From Anaerolineales bacterium (lineage in GTDB: Bacteria > Chloroflexota > Anaerolineae > Anaerolineales > UBA11579): a stretch of 64,000 nt of DNA. The notes under the pieces were generated by a model. That model did no database searches, was not told where the DNA came from, and was given only the letters and a program-made list of their open reading frames with translations. A program made the position numbers and the translations under genes. Location of the stretch: positions 73,875 through 137,874 of the forward strand of contig JAHBVB010000001.1 of assembly GCA_019637805.1 (NCBI GenBank). The letters run 5' to 3'. Below are positions 36,709-44,634 of this stretch, in pieces (the stretch's first letter is position 1; each line of letters begins with the position of its first letter).

Positions 36709-37206
36709 ATGAACGCAGACGCATTTCGATATTTATACAATTACCACTTCGCAGAAAACCGCAAAATATGGAATTACGTTATGGCCCTGAGCCAGGAAGA
36801 CTTCACCAAACCTGTCGAGTACTCCATCGGCTCGGTGCGTGATCAGGTGGTGCACCTGGCTGATGTGGACGACGTCTGGTTCAGTGACTTGCGCGGGCAG
36901 GACGGCCCGACCGAGTGGCTGGAGCCGATGAGCTCTGCCGACCGCCAACAGATCCGCGCCGGCTGGGACCTAATAGAAGCCGGCATGCGCCAGTATCTGG
37001 AGACCCTGCAAGACGACATGCTCTCCGACAAACCGCTGTCCGGGGAAGATGCCGACCTGACGGTTTGGCAGGTGCTGCTGCATGTCATCAATCACGGCAC
37101 GGACCACCGCGCCCAACTCCTGCGCTTGTTGAATGATCTGGGGCAAAGGACCGGCCCGCAAGACTTGGTATTCCATATTTACGAGCACCCTTACTCGGCA
37201 GACTGA
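36709..37206 (+). CDS. DinB-family protein
   Basis: SVRDQVVHLADVDDVW...LLHVINHGTDHRAQLLRLL. Confidence 0.75.
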   Translation: MNADAFRYLYNYHFAENRKIWNYVMALSQEDFTKPVEYSIGSVRDQVVHLADVDDVWFSDLRGQDGPTEWLEPMSSADRQQIRAGWDLIEAGMRQYLETLQDDMLSDKPLSGEDADLTVWQVLLHVINHGTDHRAQLLRLLNDLGQRTGPQDLVFHIYEHPYSAD

Positions 37207-37270
37207 TGAGACCCCTGCCCGCCAGCTTCAAGCGCGCACCAGAAGTGAACCAAGGGAAGGCCCCGCGGGT

Positions 37271-38089
37271 CTAAGGGGTCGGGGTCAGGGTACCGGCCGG
37301 TGGGGTCGGTGTGCCTGCTGGACCGCTGACTTCGAATTCACCAACCACTTTGGGCTGATCGCCCACAAAGATCTGCACCTGGTAGATGCCCGGCAGCCAT
37401 TCCTGGCTGGGAGCCAGCCATTCCGTGTAGCCAAAACCACCGGTGCCGCCATCCCAGGGCATCGTCTCGAAATGCACCAGCTGACCCTGCCGGTACCAGA
37501 GCGCAGACCATTGCGAGTCCGGCAGCATGCCGTCATAGCTGAACGTGGCGTAGATGCCCTCGACCGGGCTCTCAAACAGCGTGCCCGGCTCGATGGCGGT
37601 GTAGGTCCGGAAGTTGAGATCACGGCTGAAGGTCAGCGGGCTGAAGACGGCCGCCGGGTTGGGTGTCACCACTGAGGTGAACTGGCTGCGCACTTCATCG
37701 GGCAGCTGGGGCGGCAGCGTAGGCGAAGGCGTATAGGTGAACTGCAGCGTAGGGGTCTCTGAAGGCGTCAACGTGAGCGTGGGAGACAAGCTGGGAGTGG
37801 GTGACAAGGTCGGCGTACTGGTTTGGCTGGATGTGGGCGTGACCGGGAAAACGCTGTAGACCACCGGGCGGCCAAACCAATGCAGCAAGGCTGCCAAGGC
37901 GAAAAGCACCAGGCCCCAGAAAACGGTGGCCCAGCCCTGCAGCAAGCGTTGCTGGCGCAGGCGATGGTAGGGCAATTCCCCCGCCTGCTGCATACGTGCC
38001 CGCCCAGTCCACAGCGTATACAACCCAAAGAAAACCAACACGGCCGTGCTGGTCAACAGAAAACTTTCCAAGTCCAGTGAAATGGTCAT
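37271..38089 (-). CDS. hypothetical membrane-anchored protein with Thr/Pro/Ser-rich linker
   Basis: Two N-terminal TM helices, then the low-complexity stretch TPTSSQTSTPTLSPTPSLSPTLTLTPSETPT, then a C-terminal beta-rich domain. Confidence 0.4.
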   Translation of the reverse strand: MTISLDLESFLLTSTAVLVFFGLYTLWTGRARMQQAGELPYHRLRQQRLLQGWATVFWGLVLFALAALLHWFGRPVVYSVFPVTPTSSQTSTPTLSPTPSLSPTLTLTPSETPTLQFTYTPSPTLPPQLPDEVRSQFTSVVTPNPAAVFSPLTFSRDLNFRTYTAIEPGTLFESPVEGIYATFSYDGMLPDSQWSALWYRQGQLVHFETMPWDGGTGGFGYTEWLAPSQEWLPGIYQVQIFVGDQPKVVGEFEVSGPAGTPTPPAGTLTPTP

Positions 38090-38175
38090 GCCAGCGGATT
38101 ATAGCTGTTGGCGAGACAATAACCAGCGGGCCAGACGGCCGCCGCTCCGGCTTTAAGGCGGTACTCAGGCGGGCT

Positions 38176-38184
38176 TGGTAGAAT
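38176..38184 (+). promoter_or_regulatory. extended -10 promoter TGGTAGAAT, leaderless start
   Basis: TGG-TAGAAT at 38176-38184, 6 nt (TCTCTT), then ATG 38191. No SD. Confidence 0.5.
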
Positions 38185-38190
38185 TCTCTT

Positions 38191-39243
38191 ATGTTGAAGG
38201 TGTCCCGCAGGGATTTTCTCAAGTTGGGCGGCTTGGCCCTGAGCGGGCTGGCGCTGACCGATACGCCGCTGGACCTTTACAAGCCGGCGGAGGCCAAGGG
38301 GCTGGTGCGGGTGGCCAACATCAACGGCATCCAGATCTACGACCAGCCGCAGTACCCGCGTTACAACGACCAGGTCAAGGTGGTGGGCACGCGCAAGCGC
38401 GACCAACTGCTGTACGTCTACGAGAAGTTTCAGTCCGAGACCGGGCCGGACTTCAACCCGATGTGGTACCGGCTAGACGAAGGCTATGCCCACACTGCGT
38501 ATTTGCAGCCGGTGGACACGCGACTGAATGAAATCCTGCCCGTGGAAAATGAAGAGGGTGAGCTTTTTGAGGTCACTGTACCGCTGACCCAATCCTACCG
38601 GCTGACGCGCACCTATGGCTGGGAAAAGCTCTATCGCCTGTATTACGGCTCCATCCATTGGGTCACAGGCGTCATCGAAGGCCCAGACGGGGCCACCTGG
38701 TACCGTATTTTGGACGATCTGCTCAAGATCGAATATTGTGTGCTGGCCAACCATCTACGCAAAATTCCAGCCAGCGAACTGACGCCGATTTCGACGCGTG
38801 TGGCGCCGGAGCAGAAGCGCGTGGAAGTCAGCATCGCCGAACAGCGGCTGTGGGCTTACGAAGAAGGTGCGGTGGTGCTGGATACCAAGATCTCCACCGG
38901 CATCCCAACTCTGCAGAGCACCAACGGCATCCCCACCTATACGCCCAAAGGCAACTTCCACGTCTTCTCCAAGATGCCGGTGCGCCATATGGGCGACGGC
39001 CAGATGACCAGCGACATCGCCGCCTACGAGCTGCCCGGCGTCCCCTGGGTCTCGTACTTCCACGAATGGGGCGTGGCCTTCCACGGCACCTGGTGGCACG
39101 ACAATTTTGGCAATGATATGAGCCGCGGCTGCGTAAACATGCGCACCGACGAGGCCAAGTGGTTGTTCCGCTGGCTGCTGCCGGAAGCTTCGCCGCCTAA
39201 GATGGCCAACCCGGGGCACGGCACGCGCATCGTCGTCTTCTAG
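38191..39243 (+). CDS. L,D-transpeptidase (YkuD) with Tat-type signal
   Basis: SRRDFLKLGGLALSGLAL; catalytic block VAFHGTWWHDNFGNDMSRGCVNM. Confidence 0.85.
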   Translation: MLKVSRRDFLKLGGLALSGLALTDTPLDLYKPAEAKGLVRVANINGIQIYDQPQYPRYNDQVKVVGTRKRDQLLYVYEKFQSETGPDFNPMWYRLDEGYAHTAYLQPVDTRLNEILPVENEEGELFEVTVPLTQSYRLTRTYGWEKLYRLYYGSIHWVTGVIEGPDGATWYRILDDLLKIEYCVLANHLRKIPASELTPISTRVAPEQKRVEVSIAEQRLWAYEEGAVVLDTKISTGIPTLQSTNGIPTYTPKGNFHVFSKMPVRHMGDGQMTSDIAAYELPGVPWVSYFHEWGVAFHGTWWHDNFGNDMSRGCVNMRTDEAKWLFRWLLPEASPPKMANPGHGTRIVVF

Positions 39244-39289
39244 CCGGTGATACAATCCGGCTATTGCGCCTCCGTTCACAAGGTAAGGA

Positions 39290-39805
39290 ATGAAGATCCC
39301 AAAAACGCTGATTTTTGCCGTGTTGGCTATCTTGTTAACTGCCTGCGCCCCGGCAACTAGTGAAATGCATGTGATCGAGCCCTGGGCTCGGGCCACGCCA
39401 GCCGGCAGCACGGCTGCGGCATACTTACAGCTGCACAACAGCACGGGCACGGACGATGCCCTGATTGGCATAAGCAGCGCTGTAGCGCGCGCCGTGGAGA
39501 TCCACGAAAACGTAAGCATGCAAGCCATGCAGGCCGAGGGCAGCCATGACATGGGCCACGACATGAGTGGCCATGCGGCCGAAGAAGCCCTGGGCCACGG
39601 TCACGAAGAGGGTGATGTGATGACCATGCGCCCCGTGGAGCGTATTGAGATCCCCAACAATGAGATGGCCACGCTGCAGCCGGGCGGCTACCACATCATG
39701 TTGATCGACCTGCAAAAGGACCTGGTGGCGGGCGAGAGCTTTGAGATGGTGCTGCACTTTGAGAATACGCAAGACATCACCGTGACGGTAACGGTTCGCG
39801 AATAG
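39290..39805 (+). CDS. copper chaperone PCu(A)C (DUF461) lipoprotein
   Basis: Lipobox LLTAC. EPWARATPAGSTAAAYLQLHN...GGYHIMLIDL. There is a His/Met-rich insert, MQAMQAEGSHDMGHDMSGHAAEEALGHGHEEGDVMTM. Confidence 0.75.
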   Translation: MKIPKTLIFAVLAILLTACAPATSEMHVIEPWARATPAGSTAAAYLQLHNSTGTDDALIGISSAVARAVEIHENVSMQAMQAEGSHDMGHDMSGHAAEEALGHGHEEGDVMTMRPVERIEIPNNEMATLQPGGYHIMLIDLQKDLVAGESFEMVLHFENTQDITVTVTVRE

Positions 39806-39844
39806 TCAAAAAATTATGGGCAGGTGACTCGCCCGACCTCACAA

Positions 39845-39964
39845 CGTCATTGCGAGGCGTGGCTGGCAAAGCCAGCCTGACGAAGCAATCCCATTTGCAG
39901 ATCCATTAAGTTAAAGATAGCCTCACCGCGCAGGTCGCTCACGGCCTGCGGCTCGCAATGACGG
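39845..39964. mobile_element. 120-bp MITE-like element with 12-bp perfect terminal inverted repeats
   Basis: CGTCATTGCGAG at 39845-39856 and CTCGCAATGACG at 39952-39963. Internal hairpin GGCTGG-CAAA-GCCAGCC and GACGAAGCAATC motif are shared with the 15474-15752 array. Confidence 0.6.
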
Positions 39965-39974
39965 TTAGGAGGCG

Positions 39975-41810
39975 CTACAGTAAAGCATCCAGCGCCAGCG
40001 CCAGGAAGAGCAGCGCCAGGTACATGCTGGAATAGCGGTACATACGCCAAGAGATCTTGTTGCCCTCGCCGCGCAGCACCTGCCAGGCAGCCCAGACCAG
40101 GATAGCGCCCAGTACGGCGGCCGAGATCAGGTAGAGATTGCCAGCCAGGCCCAACGGCGTCAGAGCCAGGGTCAGCGCCACCAGGGCCAATGTGTACCAC
40201 CAGATCTGCTTGCGGGTTTCAGCTTCGCCGCGCACCACAGGCAGCATGGGCACGCCGGCCCGGGCGTAGTCGTTCTGCTTGATCAGCGCCAGCGCCCAGA
40301 AGTGCGGTGGCGTCCACAGGAAAATGATCAGAAACAAGAACAGCGGCGTCCAGCTCAGGCTGCCGGTGACCGCCGCCCAGCCCACCATGGGCGGGATGGC
40401 CCCCGCCCCACCGCCGATGACGATGTTCTGCACAGTGGCGTGTTTGAGCCACATGGAATAGAGCACCACGTAGTACACCATGCCAGCCAGGGCCAGCACG
40501 GCGGCCAGCAGGTTGACGAAGTTGGCCAGCAGGAAGAAGGCCAACACCAGCAGAGAGAGGCCAAAGGCCAGGCCCTCGGCCGGGGTCAGCCGCCCGGCGG
40601 CGATCGGCCGGCGGGAAGTGCGGCTCATGCGCTGGTCGGTCTCGCGGTCAATGTATTGGTTGATCGCCCCGGAGCCACCGGCCGCCAGGGCGCCGCCCAG
40701 CAGCGTCCAAAAGGTCAGGGTCAGTGAAGGCAGGGCGCGGGCGCCCATCACCATGCCACCATAAGTGGTGACCAGCAACAGGGCCACGATGATCGGTTTG
40801 GTCAGACTAAAAAGATCTTGAAGGAACTGGCGTTTGTCCAGCGGCTCAGCCGCCTCGCGCTCCTCGTCTTGCGGGTCCCGGGCGGCAAAGCCCACCAAGG
40901 CCCACAGCACCACCGCCGCCGCCCACACAGCCGCCGCGCTGGCCACATGCAGGCCCAGCAGCGGAATGGGGAACTGCGTACTGACCTTCATGGCGCCGAC
41001 CAGCGCCTGTGAGAAGTACAGCACCACGGTCAGCGTGGCTGCGATGAGGATGCCGCGTTGGGAGCGCTGCGTGCGCCAGGCGCGGCGCAGCAGCATCAGC
41101 AGGTGCACCGACATCAGCGCCACGACAAAGCGGTGGCCCATGTGCACCCAACCCAAGGTGTGCGAGGGGATCAATTCGCCATTGCACAGCGGCCAGCCAG
41201 AGCAGGCATAAGTGGCGTTGGTCATGGCCACCAAGGCGCCGCTGACCAGCACGACGAAGATGCCCGCCAGGGCGCCGATGGCCGCGCGGGAGAAGCGGCC
41301 GCGGAAATGCAGACGTTCCGGCAATTTGCCATGTTCATAGAGATGAAAAGCGGCCACAGTTGAAGTGATCAGCAAGGCCAGGATGACCAATGCCACGCCC
41401 AAATGCACCGCCACCAGGTTGGGTGGTGTTTCGAGGACGACCACCAAGCCGCCCAACAGGGCCTGCACCACCAAAAGCACCAGTGCGATCAGCAGCGGCC
41501 GGCTGATCAGACCCTGGTCGCGGTAGCGCCACCAGGCCACCAGGAAGGAAACCAGGATCAGCGGGCTGGTGATGGCGGCCACCAGGCGGTGCGTGTACTC
41601 GATGATGGCATCCATGCGCATGGGCGGGATCCAGCTGCCGAAGCAAGTCGGCCAGTCTGGGCAGCCCAGGCCAGAGCCGGTGACCCGCACAATGCCGCCA
41701 ATAATGATGAGCAGGTAGGTCACGACGGAGGCGGTCAGGATCAGATAGCGGAAACGGCCCATTGCCTTGGGCTGGTTAGCCGGTTGGGTGGATTTCTTTG
41801 CTTTAGCCAT
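39975..41810 (-). CDS. fused heme A synthase (CtaA/COX15) - heme O synthase (CtaB/protoheme IX farnesyltransferase)
   Basis: N-terminal half has IIGGIVRVTGSGLGCPDWPTC (COX15). C-terminal half has LFSLTKPIIVALLLVTTYGGMV...RTSRRPIAAG (UbiA-type heme O synthase). I placed the start at MAKAKK (41810). Confidence 0.8.
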   Translation of the reverse strand: MAKAKKSTQPANQPKAMGRFRYLILTASVVTYLLIIIGGIVRVTGSGLGCPDWPTCFGSWIPPMRMDAIIEYTHRLVAAITSPLILVSFLVAWWRYRDQGLISRPLLIALVLLVVQALLGGLVVVLETPPNLVAVHLGVALVILALLITSTVAAFHLYEHGKLPERLHFRGRFSRAAIGALAGIFVVLVSGALVAMTNATYACSGWPLCNGELIPSHTLGWVHMGHRFVVALMSVHLLMLLRRAWRTQRSQRGILIAATLTVVLYFSQALVGAMKVSTQFPIPLLGLHVASAAAVWAAAVVLWALVGFAARDPQDEEREAAEPLDKRQFLQDLFSLTKPIIVALLLVTTYGGMVMGARALPSLTLTFWTLLGGALAAGGSGAINQYIDRETDQRMSRTSRRPIAAGRLTPAEGLAFGLSLLVLAFFLLANFVNLLAAVLALAGMVYYVVLYSMWLKHATVQNIVIGGGAGAIPPMVGWAAVTGSLSWTPLFLFLIIFLWTPPHFWALALIKQNDYARAGVPMLPVVRGEAETRKQIWWYTLALVALTLALTPLGLAGNLYLISAAVLGAILVWAAWQVLRGEGNKISWRMYRYSSMYLALLFLALALDALL

Positions 41811-42573
41811 TGCTTTCGTTCTTCTTCGCTTCCTGTCTGCGTACATAAAATGGGTAGCCAACCAGCAGCAGGCTGGCAAAGATAAACCATTGCACCGCGT
41901 AGCCAAAGTGCGAACCTTCGCTCAGGTCCATCTGCGGCACAGAAGCATACGGCGGCGCAGTTTGCTGCCCCGCTGGAATGCGCTGCAGGTAGACGGGCAG
42001 CAACTCTACATCCATCTGGTCTGCCAGGCGCGGCAGGTCCAGGTTGTTCCAGATCTCCAGGCGTTCCCCAGGCTGGGTAGTCGGGTCCGGCTGCAGGGAG
42101 CGTCCCAAACCAAAATCAGTCTCCGCCCGGCGCAATTGCCCGAAAACGGTCACCAGCCCATCTTCAATATAGGCGCCGCGCTGCTGGGTGTCCTCTTGCG
42201 GGATCCAGCCGCGTTCAACCAAAATGGCCTGGTTAGTGCCCTCGATCAACAGCGGCGTGTACAGATCCACACCCAGCTGATTGCCCGTCTCACCCAGCCA
42301 GACCTGGTTGCGCAACACAATTTCGTGTTCGGGCAAATACTGGCCGCGCACTGTCGCCTGGCGGTACTCCATGGAGTATAAATCCAAATCGAGGGCGCCG
42401 GCTTCCAGCATCAGGGTCGGGGCGGCCTGCTGCTCCATGACCCGGGCATTGAGGGCGCGGCGCCATTCCAGGCGATCCAGCTGCCAGACGCCCAGCCGCA
42501 CCAGCACCGCGAACCCGGCCAAAACCAAGACGCTGGCCAGGAGCCAGCGCCGGGTGAACAGCGGTTTCAGCAT
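41803..42573 (-). CDS. SURF1-family cytochrome oxidase assembly protein
   Basis: RRWLLASVLVLAGFAVLVRLGVWQLDRLEWRRALN, and a C-terminal TM YAVQWFIFASLL. Confidence 0.8.
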   Translation of the reverse strand: MLKPLFTRRWLLASVLVLAGFAVLVRLGVWQLDRLEWRRALNARVMEQQAAPTLMLEAGALDLDLYSMEYRQATVRGQYLPEHEIVLRNQVWLGETGNQLGVDLYTPLLIEGTNQAILVERGWIPQEDTQQRGAYIEDGLVTVFGQLRRAETDFGLGRSLQPDPTTQPGERLEIWNNLDLPRLADQMDVELLPVYLQRIPAGQQTAPPYASVPQMDLSEGSHFGYAVQWFIFASLLLVGYPFYVRRQEAKKNESNG

Positions 42574-43127
42574 TAGCCGCCCGTCTCGGTAAGCCCGTTG
42601 GGCGCGGAATTCTTGGGCTGCTTGACAGGAAAGACGATCAGGCTGTAAACGAACAGCAGCATGGCTGTGGGGGGAGCCGCAAAGCTAATTCCTAATAGAC
42701 GCGTGCGCAGGGTAGTCGCCTGGCGCACATTCAGGCCCAGAAATTTCGAGGCATTGAAAGAGCAGGCCAGGGCAAAGTGGTCGGCGGTATCCAGGCGCAT
42801 GCTGGCGCTGCCCTTGGCGGGGACATACAACGGCCCGAGGGTGTGCGACTGCGTGTCCTGGTTAACCACCACCAGCGTATCGCCCTCCACAAAGCTCAAC
42901 TCAAAGGGAATGGTAGGCGGCGACTCGCCGGCAGCCACCTGGGCGGCAGTGCCTTCGGGAATAAGCAGCTCGACCTCCTGCGGGGCGCGCACAGCGGTTT
43001 CGCCCTGCATGCGCAGACCCAATTCGCTGACCAGCCACACCGCCGCAATCGAGGCCACCAAAACCAGGAACAGACGCCAGCCGTAGCGCGCCAGGACCTT
43101 CATGGAAATTCGGGTAGTGCTTGCCAT
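42573..43127 (-). CDS. hypothetical membrane protein embedded in the oxidase cluster
   Basis: 184 aa with TM helices at both ends. Translationally coupled on both sides (TAATG overlap with SURF1). Confidence 0.4.
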   Translation of the reverse strand: MASTTRISMKVLARYGWRLFLVLVASIAAVWLVSELGLRMQGETAVRAPQEVELLIPEGTAAQVAAGESPPTIPFELSFVEGDTLVVVNQDTQSHTLGPLYVPAKGSASMRLDTADHFALACSFNASKFLGLNVRQATTLRTRLLGISFAAPPTAMLLFVYSLIVFPVKQPKNSAPNGLTETGG

Positions 43128-43137
43128 ATCTCAGCCT

Positions 43138-43749
43138 TTACTCAGCCAGCAGCAGTCTCAGATCGTGAGCCATATCGGTGGCGGTCATCTCGAACGGAAA
43201 AGTGATCCGCAGCAGACCTTCTTTATCGATTACCCAAGTACGCGTGGAATGCGACACCACATAGCCAATCTCGCTTTCCACCGTCTGGACAAAGCGGCCG
43301 GCCCCATAACCATTCCAGGCGTTCTCCAAAGCAGGCAGGTCCCCGGTGAGCCCAAAGAAGTCTGGGCTGAAGCGATCGACATAGGCGGCGATCACATCTG
43401 GGGTGTCACGCTCCGGGTCCACGGTGACAAAGATGAAGTCCACTCCGGCGGCTTCTTCGCCCAGGGCATCGGCAATCTGCTTGAACTTGGCCAGGGTCGC
43501 CGGGCAATAGTCCGGGCAGTTGGTGTAGCCCAAGTAGATCAGCACGACCTGGCCGCGGCGCTGGCTCAGACGGTACGGCGTGCCGTCCGCTTCCTGCAGG
43601 TTGAGGTCATAGGCCAACGGGGCCGGTGTGCCGATCGCCGAGCCGCGGAAGCTCTTTTGGGCCTCGAAGGCTTGCAAGCCAAGAAAAAAGACAGAAGTGG
43701 CCACCAGCAATGCGCCGGCGCCAATTAACCATATGCGGGTGTTCTTCAT
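43138..43749 (-). CDS. SCO1/SenC copper chaperone (thioredoxin fold)
   Basis: VVLIYLGYTNCPDYCPATL, a CxxxC motif, plus a distal His. Confidence 0.85.
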   Translation of the reverse strand: MKNTRIWLIGAGALLVATSVFFLGLQAFEAQKSFRGSAIGTPAPLAYDLNLQEADGTPYRLSQRRGQVVLIYLGYTNCPDYCPATLAKFKQIADALGEEAAGVDFIFVTVDPERDTPDVIAAYVDRFSPDFFGLTGDLPALENAWNGYGAGRFVQTVESEIGYVVSHSTRTWVIDKEGLLRITFPFEMTATDMAHDLRLLLAE

Positions 43750-43842
43750 AGCTTCCTATTCTAGCAAAAAGCGAGTCCCTTTGGAGAGGCGGCGCCTGCC
43801 CATCAGAACTCGCTTTTGTGTAAGCACAGTTGGTTCTACTCG

Positions 43843-44406
43843 TTAAATTGGATTGCCCATTAGATACAAGCCGACGTAGAAGAACATCCAGACCACGTCT
43901 ACAAAGTGCCAGTAGATGGCGCAGGCTTCCACGCCCCAGTGTTTTTCCGCGCTGTAGTGCCCGTTGCGGCCATTGTTCCAGACGATGAAGAGGAAGATCA
44001 CACCGGTCAGCACATGGAACGCATGGAAACCGGTCATGGCGTAGAAGACCGCGCCTTGCGCGCCGTCGCTCGGGCCAAAGTGAGCTACTTGCCACTCCAC
44101 ACCCACCACACCGACCAGGAAGATCAGACCCAGCACCATAGTGATGAAGATGTTGCGCAGGAAAGCCGGGCGGTTGCCGTGCGCCATTTCAATCTCGGCC
44201 CGGTTCATGAAGAACGAGCTGAACAAGAGCATCACAGTCACAATGATGCCCAGGTTTTGGTCCAAGTCGGGGCGCTGGCCGCCCAGCAGAACCACGCGGG
44301 CCACAAAGAGGCCCACGAACACGAACAGGTCCGAGAACAGGAAGAGCCACAAACCCAGCCGGTTGCGGCCCAGTTTGACAGCGTAACTTTCAGCGATAGC
44401 AGACAT
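43843..44406 (-). CDS. ctaE: cytochrome c oxidase subunit III
   Basis: 187 aa, 5 TM. FHAFHVLTGVIFL and YWHFVDVVWMFFY. Confidence 0.85.
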   Translation of the reverse strand: MSAIAESYAVKLGRNRLGLWLFLFSDLFVFVGLFVARVVLLGGQRPDLDQNLGIIVTVMLLFSSFFMNRAEIEMAHGNRPAFLRNIFITMVLGLIFLVGVVGVEWQVAHFGPSDGAQGAVFYAMTGFHAFHVLTGVIFLFIVWNNGRNGHYSAEKHWGVEACAIYWHFVDVVWMFFYVGLYLMGNPI

Positions 44407-44630
44407 TAATGCGCCTCATCGTCGGAGAACAAGCGTCCCACGTTCATGTAATAAACGATCACGAAGAAGGCCTTGAAGGCGGCCACGAGCAGCAGTGCCT
44501 GGCCCCAAGGGGGAGCAATGGCGCCCACCAGGTACTCGCCGAAAGTGAGCACACCAAGCATCAGGAAGACCCAGGTGCTGGCATTCAGCTGTGCCCGGCG
44601 GCTGCCGGCTTGGTCATTTGTCTCTGCCAT
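44406..44630 (-). CDS. ctaF: cytochrome c oxidase subunit IV (caa3 type)
   Basis: Small 2-TM protein. AAGGAG RBS precedes ATG 44630. Stop overlaps the ctaE ATG (TAATG). Confidence 0.6.
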   Translation of the reverse strand: MAETNDQAGSRRAQLNASTWVFLMLGVLTFGEYLVGAIAPPWGQALLLVAAFKAFFVIVYYMNVGRLFSDDEAH

Positions 44631-44634
44631 TGAA

